Positions 14,701-21,398 of a stretch of 64,000 bases of DNA are shown piece by piece. Source of the stretch: a virus; the IMG/VR virus record IMGVR_UViG_3300010151_000009, positions 1 through 64,000 of that record; one strand, given 5' to 3'. A model generated the notes under the pieces. That model searched no databases, had not been told where the DNA came from, and worked only from the letters and a program-made list of their open reading frames with translations. The translations under genes were made by a program, and so were the position numbers. The stretch's first letter is position 1. The number at the start of each line of letters is the position of its first letter.

Positions 14701-16590
14701 ATCTGTAGTAGCTTTAATAGTATTTATTTCCTCTTCTAAAGAGTTAGCTAACTCACTTTGTTTATCTTTAAGTTCAGTATTAGTAAGATCATTTAAATCA
14801 TTATGATGAAAAGCATTTCTAAATTGTTGAACAGACATATTTCTAATCATATCAATATCATCTCTTAATGTCTCTTCATACCCAGCATCTAGTCTACTTG
14901 AAATATAATTATGTAGATTATCATACTCAGCATTCTTTTTCATATATGGACTATCCATGATTTGTCCAAAATCACTAGCATCTTGTATAACACCTGCTCT
15001 TACTAATGCATCTGTTTTTGCAGCAATAGCAGATATTACATTTTCATCTTCATTTAAAATACGTTCATAAGAATCAATCATTTTTTTCTCCATCTTAATT
15101 TGATCCAATGTACCTGCTATACCTCCATGATGCTTATATCCTGATTTAGTTTTTCCGGTAGCTCCATCTTTAATAGATCTACTATATCCAGGTAATCCTA
15201 TTGCAGCTAATAAGAATCCTATACCAATTTCCTTTTGTCCTTCAGGACTTCCATATGCCTCTGCAAATACATTATCTGTATGATTCAATAATTCAGTTGT
15301 CATTCCTAAAAATCCTGGATCTCTCTTACTTTGATAATAGTATTCTGCAGCGCTTTGTCCTGCAAGGTCTGCTAATTTTTGTCCCCCTTCTTCTACAAAT
15401 CCTTCATAAAGAGGTGTTTTAAGTACTCTCCATGCGTTATTTGTAAAAGCGCGTTTTTTACTTACATCCTTATATAAAGCCTTATAATTTTGTACTTTGT
15501 TTTTTATATCTTGTTTAAATTTACCTGCTACACTTTTTTGAGTAGCATTAAATCCTTTTCCAAATATCTTTGGAAACATTAAATAATTACCGTATCCAAC
15601 TAAAGCAGTGTTAGCAGCAAATACAGAATTTGCACTCTTTGTAGCTAAATCATATAAATAAGCTGCTTCATTTGAATTAGGATCTCTATGATATTCATCT
15701 TTAAAAGCAGCGTGTAGTTTATCAATTGTTTGATCTCTGTGATGTCTTGCTTCTACTCCCGCTTCATACATTGCACCTGTTCCTATCTGTCGCATTGTTC
15801 TTCCTGCATTCTTCCATTGATTACTTTTTATTGTAGCATCTATACCTTCATCAATAGCAGTCTTACCAGTTCCGGTTTTCATGAACTTTGTTTTCTTAGT
15901 TAAACCAGTTCCTCTACCCATCTTATTCATAAGTTGAGCTGCTTTCGATGCTACCGCTGAAGAAGCCATTCCAGCAGTTAACATCTCAGATAAAACAGCT
16001 CCTGTTACAAAAGATGCTCCTTGAGAAAAATCATTAAACCAAAAGTTAGCAGTTCCCATTCCTTTGAAGAATCCATGCTCTTGTTCTTCTTTAGTATAGA
16101 AATGAGGAAGTTTACCATCCATCCAATCATTAATACCATCTAACCCACGTTGAAAACTATTATCAAAGAAATCAGCACCAGAATCTTGTATTCCCTTTCC
16201 TTGTGCTAACCCTCCTAAAAAGGCTCCACCTCCATATAATAACCCTACCGTAGAACCTAATACATTAGTTCCTACACGCGTTACAAATTTAGGTAAACCA
16301 TGAGCTGCTTTTTCTCCAAAAGATTGATTATAAGCTCTTAAATCATCTGCATCATCAGATATAAAAGAAAATGGTCTATCAATATACTTATCATAAGAAG
16401 TATAATCTACGTTTTTAATAGATTGTCCATAAGGACCTGATAGTCCTCCAGTAAGCTCTGTACCAAATTCTTTAAGAACACTTTCAGCACTTAATGTAGT
16501 ATCTATTAAATTATTTTGATTTAGTATTTGATCTCCTGGTTGAATTAAATTTGGAGAGGTTAATCCACCTAATTGTTTTTTCTTTCCCAT
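2713..16590 (-). CDS. Giant virion-packaged DNA-dependent RNA polymerase polyprotein (4625 aa) with N-terminal cargo region and zincin domain
   Basis: Catalytic KSGADYDIDKL (~5600-5625) is preceded by IGFRIPTEGLNS, as in crAss-like/phi14:2 virion RNAPs. Zincin motif TLYHEAYHG (~9830-9855) is followed by EWLAEEFREY. Hydrophobic Gly-rich segments occur near the N-terminus. Confidence 0.93.
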   Translation of the reverse strand: MGKKKQLGGLTSPNLIQPGDQILNQNNLIDTTLSAESVLKEFGTELTGGLSGPYGQSIKNVDYTSYDKYIDRPFSFISDDADDLRAYNQSFGEKAAHGLPKFVTRVGTNVLGSTVGLLYGGGAFLGGLAQGKGIQDSGADFFDNSFQRGLDGINDWMDGKLPHFYTKEEQEHGFFKGMGTANFWFNDFSQGASFVTGAVLSEMLTAGMASSAVASKAAQLMNKMGRGTGLTKKTKFMKTGTGKTAIDEGIDATIKSNQWKNAGRTMRQIGTGAMYEAGVEARHHRDQTIDKLHAAFKDEYHRDPNSNEAAYLYDLATKSANSVFAANTALVGYGNYLMFPKIFGKGFNATQKSVAGKFKQDIKNKVQNYKALYKDVSKKRAFTNNAWRVLKTPLYEGFVEEGGQKLADLAGQSAAEYYYQSKRDPGFLGMTTELLNHTDNVFAEAYGSPEGQKEIGIGFLLAAIGLPGYSRSIKDGATGKTKSGYKHHGGIAGTLDQIKMEKKMIDSYERILNEDENVISAIAAKTDALVRAGVIQDASDFGQIMDSPYMKKNAEYDNLHNYISSRLDAGYEETLRDDIDMIRNMSVQQFRNAFHHNDLNDLTNTELKDKQSELANSLEEEINTIKATTDKVNKAFVNYDTDVKRAMIHAWSMSKNAYAREEDMYKSIEEKMKAKLNIQGDVESRTVRDEREDISLKERIKRLWSRFTKKQKREILALPESKTLLAEKNIREFTDPTHIEELFLNLTQELKSIESQIEALETDGIEAKNAFMGGTTEQQTKWAKEQNLEQKHAELFDKTQKLGKAIEEGLEAEIGADEQALLDAWKDRDAADYALHKDEVIQMLKDARKLRARRHRAINMYNELLDYREDAKMLPLGKFGIPQYPFAEHGQKVPLPKILRMQMIPDEKEENAENITDIGLKRLFKKYTGQIIEFEYARKDTTTKKGLLQIAREAGLEEKVLKDAEDIKRSSKVNTDIAAIKMAMQTNGLRVQEGPKTGKYRVFVRTGKPSSNSDNFLIDFPTKETLELLTRKRTLERLPDNQAAKDELKEINELLKTSDHVNRFNDRNLDFLKQAKNIKVVDKAVQIQEYLDVALNASKKDLHIKLDEIEKELSKHVEDAELLSTELIKASTEKSNKASQRQLAKSIRNLDIKWQQAERAIEVLEIDKEEVKQKLKDVTNLTSAINKSEDIPGFTDPAFHPIILSKAAEFLNSKWLDHKEVIDQFVDKKFFKEVDLFSDIMTEDTEKNKDLAELIFSFATNPAAELPAELANLLDKKVEHLKYKYEQAQPLLKKLRSLIVFRKTKGNENQYDLRYDQDAAIAAYEDLKNEVDLLKVKYDAAVNALRSKINIELLPLAQGIADQQDLGQRYNAIRDLFAIYATDTNNALRSVTETPFDEVTTGEIETHSSEMSEEEFIKTNLNNNQNTKPRVYYNSPSLIHIGGAKTAGSHAYAERRIEELENEALNRDLTSWEQEALAAYKHQAIFFDFTARAGVRSKAQYNLANYSLMTITRHNIPTGLKDKVYFYDHNRVRAAKTENKDRYSKATNENFTNAKARPELKETILLVVVDKNNNPVIHNGEVVYTSMPDSEAYTTVYDKKTGEGHRVYKYGRADLNLENGTVPSIKINGALYFQGDMSEQAVAINEQNKKFRERILTLPSGEVKYLAVSGKSAGLQIWVDGPDGRAMARETLVKREEDVQNIDLRVAVNAKTQKVSIGPQEYTVHAGNVYAVHNGNLVRFKMPKLPAKMVSNVYNLIRLLATQVTNSYRENSKFTPETAYLIPGTEKSITKQISELIYYGKHARTRENQQYAIYTQGNVLYFGAQSMTFEQLADKAQFAPLHKDLLNFLQDQRVQVNNAALKDDQEIRLTHRNSNRALYAEQKAVFEKVYKQKQAWIKKGRKGKFAPRLGKEEKTLYNKKESRPKYNTYKYYEVGEKLNVLTSTWNNYTHFLMGTKAKEHTVQEERQLPEIPLTVNMRPDTDTGKKSSESWRSSQYRNIYLIYSPNASDPDNWDTQSINNAKIEQSAEELGEVIELTDEQEDQLFEDQTTMDNLDPNMAPSGVITGKQYIYTSNEGVKLHFKVTSIDHENFKVMLEPIQLSNNKGILSLDTLSLEVLDSFNMLTYVTEGKALITPVKQDVYEQKHQTLDDIKKSPKKKKRQKRNKKKTDDNEDYGGKSRLALMSEDYRLMDLYAENEKFEAMIPKDRYGKPIFSVKVVAGLIHGRDWGYFSKTGDILLSSEAERGTLYHEAYHGITLKLLSKEERETLYNEVRAQRGKATTYKGEVKSLKDFTNLEADEWLAEEFREYVIADGTYKVGSRVKKSFMDKVFDFLLKFFRNLSQSKALFHRIHTGYYNNGIEEYLSYDIAEALEGREGASMSAYRMQSGVQRDLNNGVTVSVFDIIQSKTGVSIPDLIGNKHNEAALRKILTPVYGAPGTKNTAWSRMHNSINTQLNILIDEHNQAMDESEMPEATELDIQRLDMKLDKLEVEIESLEQNLLVLDEDWPALVSRNLQVLQQLHLQVNSRTLEDEFEEVEEEDTKSRDTLGIRDPREINLKSTIDPGLRVLLSTLPQSHVYKDGSTTLKTNKAGVPTLAPFGEVVTTLYKQLANLDTVEDIVAKLRTLAEENRTYKILIDRLGLQHGLEGLSSHDPNFNQVSMLIDFLGSFHNASDAYVMLLANQTKAENHPGRYFTNSNTERVENIVKRGWSANFKRNLRLKRNKGKSTTTGRLVLNLDYPVTIRTKGIKRTETLRKWIEINKNLNQIIPLLNEIGLEFTNLPKLIKNLNASEGGMAEFIENANWFFSEILDLEGDMSNLFGGDVEGNLKKLVRYEVDSTNLAITLQHTNPDGKQLFGITRKNYINLLVDKLNTSEEEIESLMESPYMHGSLYNKERVIKVRTIEGGKDITKGQGFDISRTTEANIALLHVNSILEGYTPLLRPGNKKMERAVMIGQNKYRNREEMISYLQDLLRSEIVTANNIKNDPSVRQISRLRTHGESLQFFNDPENFPDIYNHSRVLSFINAPNVSLDDVELQNFVGSSAVVKNITDFLDTRQTNILAALEEFGFIGKGPKNTYINIGIDNVHVEDANKSLATPVWSKNGKMDPALMNRIVEKISYNQLIGVVEQTRLFLGHPALYSDIFKRTSGMVGTKKYPTVNNHILSWMNTNMPNKYTNKEHTSLVTKVTRKEIIQEKSAHLDSYIKRLNELNASEELKKDVTDRYSNMEIFDGGGFITLDFYRSVLFLTHNWTNEMEEAYQELELINEDQPTLADLGSRAIFPPLKPQVFADSRLGMLNIKIFDKFALYPIHPKLSKTIMGLKSNAVTVMDQVYDDMVKNEVDYMVFQSSSKVGAKTNSKGEFEPFYDVNGNYQPLSADPDYLQTYDLEYFGIQLDPAKKYKGLVRVGTQSASMSLMNVFDKGLLNKDYNKQFDKNRTWEDVASEFHNIHTALIEKDAAKLAAKLGFIKGSTGYTQLEAGTTKQYLKQAVLDEMHRRNTPEVMRDTIEELFNGEIYYTNQLPNKQKIDELFYSIVTSEVIHRKVNGEMSVLQSDTGFRTIQADKQLPESEYRQLKFYDFEKDGKTVTAMEVYLPHYFKQKFLTTSQIDISQFTPAALELIGFRIPTEGLNSVEFIKVVGFLPQSAGPNVIAPAEMVAKSGADYDIDKLTLYLPHLVKSEDGNIDIARPADNNATSLRLLDAPGYKAAAIKLFGSDIAGLNNFIRRLEIADQLEANMQHEDALKELAELDTELDLLGFEALPQVFKENREVVENMLQSLMKDILRHPDSFAQLIAPVGAFNIKRTSDEIHSRQLAAGIEGVTAEPSTLFEKFSLRSLIRTTYQMHQTLGGTGIVATNLTHLGKSQRAGLEFKGEIPLYQSGIPIGTQVGPYLNFEGFTPGQPVSLSSVKDTAGNYINRSMQQYVTAYVDGEKDPFIMYVNGGRMGAGVHMLLVRAGVPVNTVLKFMSQPVLQEYFSLKNKQSVAGATTPYGEGMLNEGKVVSAIQKMLGKANKEEVPLNEAVLDDPNPEVSMLTTPLAKMGKGQKALQAQIFNDFLRYKEYAEYLRKAQQISAFDTSRLKNGYELIFLNALEQIITEDTESNPLVFNNLNGLTGFSRGVESLGVSETVRETPPFLQPLKQLFTESPQFFKNTDLKENIVLTQQNGVINPFKAKMIQLAKDLIAEGKSKDEITYILRALDNHLTSFIWQNIPRENMKSLNDKEFDLVRMLMQGPNSLPARVFLAKDIFPDNLLVQDLIATLDTETDITDFDHTVDKLQLFSRKYDPDEIDDLADSWYELHNSGGVGQQLAEDILLYSIIKSGTQFHPSSFFHALPGAEVLRITNPMLQNFHDAIHRVAKGTTEYLTTKKVEEIVADFFDHSWDNPRVVRQIFATDPFLQLSATEEQFAAPNWLNDERITLIVPRDEGEVKGIATEAGRTYFKAHFQRRDTVYVSRPKKGLAGHLQEPGREDSIIESNNHPFGREKLKMTESVVNTIRSRKKSLLSYPYGKTHSGVKILPDGTQIKLDLILDTPYKYLFVKANMLKFGALNKTQMQGFIARREGYKNWSEFAKAPRNKNFIKGEERKSFFDIKVLDAKAIMTARKDAPAVKGYDPSNITDLKTLNKDKEC

Positions 16591-16600
16591 AATCTATTTA

Positions 16601-18781
16601 TTAGTATCCTCGTACTTCTGATTGCATGTACATATTAAACACAGACTTATATTCATTGGTTTCTCTTACAGATTGCATATTATCTGCTCCATATTTTTGA
16701 GCAATTGCATTGATTAGTTTATAGTTTTGTTTTTCAAAAGACTCAACTATATAACCTTCAGCATACATAGCTGCATCTGGCTCAGATAGCCCCATAACTG
16801 CAGAATACATTCTTGTTAAAACTCCATATAATTGATTTATAGAGGCTCCTCCAAATTCTCCCTCTCCTTGTCCTCCATCTTCTATTGCATTAAGCATTTG
16901 TCTAGAACGATCAATTACAATTAAATCAGACTTATCTATCATTTGTGCAATTCTTTCTTCTAATACAAATCCAGAAGAAGTATTATCTTTAGATTCTGCT
17001 AAATATAATTCTCCATTAATATTCCATTTAAACATTAACGGTGTATTATCTTCAATACTTGGAGTTATAACACCTTGAAACTTCATTGTAGCATCTCCTG
17101 GTTTAATTGGATTTCCGGACTTATCTGTAAACATTTTATCCCATGCAGGACTATCTTCAGGAACACCCATTATATTCCAATCTCTTGGATCAAAATTTTC
17201 TTCAAGTGTTTTAATTGCATTTGTAGTTTTAGTATTAGATAGATCAGGAATAAAAGTCTCTGCTTCAAATACATCTCCTTGATAATTATCAATAGCATCA
17301 TTCATTTCATCCCCTCCATGATGTTGATTAAACCTTAGTAAAGAAAGAGCATTCTTTTTCAATTGTTCGTACTCAGGCTCACCATTTTTATAATTAGTGC
17401 CAAGTAACTTATTAATCTCGTCAACAGCTTCTAAATTATCTTCTAACTGTGCTGCTTCAGAATCCCATATTCCTAAGAATGAATCCCATCCTTTATCTGG
17501 ATCATTGGGATCCCATCCTTCTCCTTGAGGCCTCATTATATCTCTTACGTTTCCACTATTATCAAAGGTCATGTCTAATAATTGCATACCTGCATTACCT
17601 ACTCCAGTAGCTAAAGCAGCAATACCAACTGCGCCCCACTCAAGTGGTCCTAGCCAAGCAAATGGTGCACCAACAGCAGCAACAGATCCCGCAGATGTAA
17701 ATACTTCACCCCAATCAAAATCATCCTGCATTAAATAAGAAGGTTGATATGTATTAGTTGTCATATAATTAACTAAAGCTCCAAATTCTTCATGCCCTTT
17801 AAAGTAATCGATATGATGTCGTTTAAAGGCTTTATAATCTTCAGGGGATAATGTATTCTTAGCAGTACTAGCAAAGATTCTATTCATATTTATAACTGAT
17901 TGTTTGTCTCCACCACTTTCTAATATCTCTTGATTCATACTTAACATCTTATTAGTATAATCAGCTACTGTTTCAGAAGGTACTCCAACATTACCTTTAC
18001 TCATATGTCCACCTAATCCAGCAGAACGCCCATTAGAAAAATCAGCTGCAGCTTTAGTCTGATGTATATATTGATTAGTAAAACTTTTCATTCTACTGTG
18101 CAAATTGTTCATTGCCTCATCATGAGACATGCCCTCTATTTGTGTTAATCTTCTATAATCTTGATCTCCTATATATCCTTTTAAATAAGTCCCTATTAAT
18201 CCATATGCAATCTTATCAGCTTTACCTCTAGATATACCACTCCAATCAGCTTTAATACCTTTTAATAAACCAGACATTTCTTTATCATAGTCTTGTTCTA
18301 ATTCCATCATAGGCTCATAAATCGCTTCAACATGTTTATTAGATTCCGGGTCTTTATACCAAGAAGTATGAGTTGCAGCACTTCCTTTACCAAAGTCCCA
18401 CATATTTCTACCTTCTAAGGTAGCCTTTCTCATAGTATCTAATTCACTTTTTCTGTTTGTCATAGATTTTTTAGCTGCTTGTAATCCTTTATCAGATTCT
18501 AAATCAACCATAATCTCTTGGATTAATAACGAAGCATCTTCATAATTACCATTTCTAGTAAATTGCTCTAGCCTATCCCTAACATATTTTTTAGAACTAT
18601 CTACTAAATGTGCATCTCCAGGCATTGTTTCAAATTTACCTAATGTTTTATCAATTAAATCAACTTTTTCCTTATTTTGATCCCATCTATCTGCTAATAC
18701 AGTATTAACTTCTACAGAGTATGGATTTACATATTGTGATACATAAGGTTGTAATTCATATCTACTATATTTATTTGCCAT
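16601..18781 (-). CDS. Virion cargo/ejection protein with putative membrane segment
   Basis: 726 aa, N-terminal YxxQPYVSQYV motif, central hydrophobic Gly/Ala stretch (AGSVAAVGAPFAWLGPLEWGAVGIAALATGVG), located directly upstream of the virion RNAP. Confidence 0.7.
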   Translation of the reverse strand: MANKYSRYELQPYVSQYVNPYSVEVNTVLADRWDQNKEKVDLIDKTLGKFETMPGDAHLVDSSKKYVRDRLEQFTRNGNYEDASLLIQEIMVDLESDKGLQAAKKSMTNRKSELDTMRKATLEGRNMWDFGKGSAATHTSWYKDPESNKHVEAIYEPMMELEQDYDKEMSGLLKGIKADWSGISRGKADKIAYGLIGTYLKGYIGDQDYRRLTQIEGMSHDEAMNNLHSRMKSFTNQYIHQTKAAADFSNGRSAGLGGHMSKGNVGVPSETVADYTNKMLSMNQEILESGGDKQSVINMNRIFASTAKNTLSPEDYKAFKRHHIDYFKGHEEFGALVNYMTTNTYQPSYLMQDDFDWGEVFTSAGSVAAVGAPFAWLGPLEWGAVGIAALATGVGNAGMQLLDMTFDNSGNVRDIMRPQGEGWDPNDPDKGWDSFLGIWDSEAAQLEDNLEAVDEINKLLGTNYKNGEPEYEQLKKNALSLLRFNQHHGGDEMNDAIDNYQGDVFEAETFIPDLSNTKTTNAIKTLEENFDPRDWNIMGVPEDSPAWDKMFTDKSGNPIKPGDATMKFQGVITPSIEDNTPLMFKWNINGELYLAESKDNTSSGFVLEERIAQMIDKSDLIVIDRSRQMLNAIEDGGQGEGEFGGASINQLYGVLTRMYSAVMGLSEPDAAMYAEGYIVESFEKQNYKLINAIAQKYGADNMQSVRETNEYKSVFNMYMQSEVRGY

Positions 18782-18792
18782 GTTATTTTATT

Positions 18793-21396
18793 TTAATAAT
18801 ATTTTCTACTGTATCCTTGAGGGACTTTTGCAAATCCTCCTTTTTTTGCATTAGCTCCTTTTTTAGAATCAATTGTATTATCTTTACTTGTTCCTGTTTT
18901 CTTAGGTGAAGATCCGTATGTACTAGTTGTTTGGTTGGTTGTTAGCATATTTTGAACCCATTCTTCAGATGTATCTCCTTCAGTAATTGGTCTATTTCCT
19001 TTTATAGCCAAAGCTAATCTTTCTTGAGCATTATACTGTAATCTATCACTATTCATACCAGCCAATGTTTTAACCGCACTATCAACAGCCATTAATTTTC
19101 TATCTTTAGTAGCGGCATCTGCACTTCTATTGAACTCATCAACTAAAGCTTCTTGTGAAGCATTAAATTTATTAGTTTGTAGATTTGCAGCTAAATTAGT
19201 TTTACTTGCATCTAAAGCATTTGCGGCATTTGTAGTTTTTCTTTCTTGATTCATAATAGCTTCTTGATTAGCAATTGCAACATTTGCTCTAGATTCTTGT
19301 GCTGAAATCTCTCTATCACCTTGTTGTTTTTTACTATAAGCCATCATTCTATTTGACATACTTGTAGGACCTCCTCCAGATGTATCAATAGCTCTAGTTA
19401 AAGCTCTATAATCCGCAGAATTTCTAGCTCTTTCTGTATTCATGTCTATTCGTTCTAGGTCATGTTTAGAAATTCTTTCTGCTCTAACTACTCCAGGATG
19501 TTCCATAGGATGTTCTTGCATATAATCTGGTCCTTCTTTAAAAGCCATCATTGCAGGTAATAATTGTGCTCCTGCCGTGATCATTGATATATCATCATAT
19601 CCTGTTTTTATCTTATCTTCAGTTTTTGTAGTTGTTGTTGTTGTTGTTGTATCTTCTGTAGTTTCACCGTCTCCAGAATCAGGATCACCCCCATCATCAG
19701 GAGGAGTATTACCTATTGCTGTTCTTAATGTTTGTTCCCCAAATTTACCATCAACTGTAATTTTATTATCCGTATGTAATTCATTCCAAGCTGTTTGATA
19801 TTTTTTTACCGTAGCCGGGTCATTCATCATATCATAACTAGTTATACCTGCTTTTTCTAATACAGCAGGATCAACATTTGACATCCACTCTTCACCAAAG
19901 TTGTCATGACTTGAAATGTAATCTTTAAATTTTTGCTCATCTTTTCCAAGATAATATTGCATATCTCCTTTTTCAGTTTTATATGAAGGTTGATAATCAG
20001 CTACATCCCCATAAACTTCTGAATCATAAAATTCTTCTGAAGCTACTGGATATCTATTTCCTTGTGTATTCTTAGTAGATTGATTCTTATTATTACTTGC
20101 ATTTACTACAGGAGGCTGATTACCATCAACTCCATCAATAGAATTTGGTATTCCATCATTGTCATCATCTTGCTGTGCCCAAGTAACAAAATCTCCAGTT
20201 TGATGCTTACGTACTCCACCGTGTTTAGCTACATTGTCAGGATCTCTACCTGCTTCTCCTTTCTTTTTAGCATCTGCTTCTTGTAATTTAGCTAACCAAT
20301 CTATTTCTTCTTGACTCGCACCTTTCTTTACCATATTTTTATGAATATCTGAATAAGCTAATCCACCTTTTTTCATATAAGATGAAAAGAAATAATCTCT
20401 TTGTCCTCCTCCTTTCATAGTTACTTTATCCATAGTTTCTCCACCTTCTACTTCTGTGCCCTCATCTAACTTAATACCACCTTCTTCATGACTTTGTCCT
20501 AAAAATTGAACAGCTCCTCCTCCTATAGGTTGTGCCACTCCTCCATCTAATTTAGTACCACCAGTATCATATTCAGTATATTGAGGTTTTACTTGTCCTT
20601 GTTCTCCTGTTTGTTGTGGTGCTCCTGCTTGATAATTAGTCATTTTAGGTAATAAACTTCCTTCTCCAGGTATAGTAGGTTTACCTTGAGGAACACTCAT
20701 ATATCCTCCCATTTGTTGTTTCAAAGGAGGTCTTTTAAATCCTTTATATTTATCTGTTACATCATCATCTTGGAATTGATCATAGATATATTTAGATGCC
20801 GCGCCTCCTGCTAACCAAGGCCAAAACTTTTTTAATTTAGTAGTTGTAGGAGCATTAGGTCCAGTTTTAGCTGTACTTCTTTTACCACTTTTTAATTTTT
20901 TACCTTTAGTTACTTTAATCTCTTTATTACCAATATTTTTTACTTTTTCAGGTATTTTTTTAGCTTTATCTTTAGCTGATTTAGCAGTTTCTTTTATAAC
21001 TTTCTTACTCTTATCATATGTTTTTTTAGCTGCTTTACCTTTTGTTGCAAACCATCCTAATTTAGCTAAAGCTATTCCTTGTCCTGTTCCTGCAGGAACC
21101 ATTGTACCGGCATTCATTCCTGTTCTTATAGCATGTTCTTGGGTAGCTTCATCATCTCCTATTAACCAATTATATCCTGTTCTTACAGCAGAAATACCTG
21201 TATTTAGTGCATCAGGAATTATACCTACTACTGGAGTCATTCCTCCTACAGTTAAACCCGTTTGTATATTATCCCAAGTTTCAGTAGTTGATTGCTTTGA
21301 ACCAGGATTTGATGCTTGATGCTCTCTCATTGCTCTATAGTTAGGATCGATTAAAAAATCTTTCCCTCCCATTTGATATTTTTTTATTTTTTTCAT
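18793..21396 (-). CDS. crAss-type cargo protein (C1-like) with pre-toxin-like N-terminus and PG-binding-like motif
   Basis: 867 aa. Contains GQSHEEGGI...EVEGGET (motif typical of crAss cargo proteins), ITVDGKFGEQT (PG-binding-like) and several KxxxGG motifs. Confidence 0.75.
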   Translation of the reverse strand: MKKIKKYQMGGKDFLIDPNYRAMREHQASNPGSKQSTTETWDNIQTGLTVGGMTPVVGIIPDALNTGISAVRTGYNWLIGDDEATQEHAIRTGMNAGTMVPAGTGQGIALAKLGWFATKGKAAKKTYDKSKKVIKETAKSAKDKAKKIPEKVKNIGNKEIKVTKGKKLKSGKRSTAKTGPNAPTTTKLKKFWPWLAGGAASKYIYDQFQDDDVTDKYKGFKRPPLKQQMGGYMSVPQGKPTIPGEGSLLPKMTNYQAGAPQQTGEQGQVKPQYTEYDTGGTKLDGGVAQPIGGGAVQFLGQSHEEGGIKLDEGTEVEGGETMDKVTMKGGGQRDYFFSSYMKKGGLAYSDIHKNMVKKGASQEEIDWLAKLQEADAKKKGEAGRDPDNVAKHGGVRKHQTGDFVTWAQQDDDNDGIPNSIDGVDGNQPPVVNASNNKNQSTKNTQGNRYPVASEEFYDSEVYGDVADYQPSYKTEKGDMQYYLGKDEQKFKDYISSHDNFGEEWMSNVDPAVLEKAGITSYDMMNDPATVKKYQTAWNELHTDNKITVDGKFGEQTLRTAIGNTPPDDGGDPDSGDGETTEDTTTTTTTTKTEDKIKTGYDDISMITAGAQLLPAMMAFKEGPDYMQEHPMEHPGVVRAERISKHDLERIDMNTERARNSADYRALTRAIDTSGGGPTSMSNRMMAYSKKQQGDREISAQESRANVAIANQEAIMNQERKTTNAANALDASKTNLAANLQTNKFNASQEALVDEFNRSADAATKDRKLMAVDSAVKTLAGMNSDRLQYNAQERLALAIKGNRPITEGDTSEEWVQNMLTTNQTTSTYGSSPKKTGTSKDNTIDSKKGANAKKGGFAKVPQGYSRKYY

Positions 21397-21398
21397 AT

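Noticed and set aside
19631-19650. (GTT)n microsatellite
   Set aside because: Encodes a poly-Thr linker in frame; a triplet unit cannot cause phase variation.
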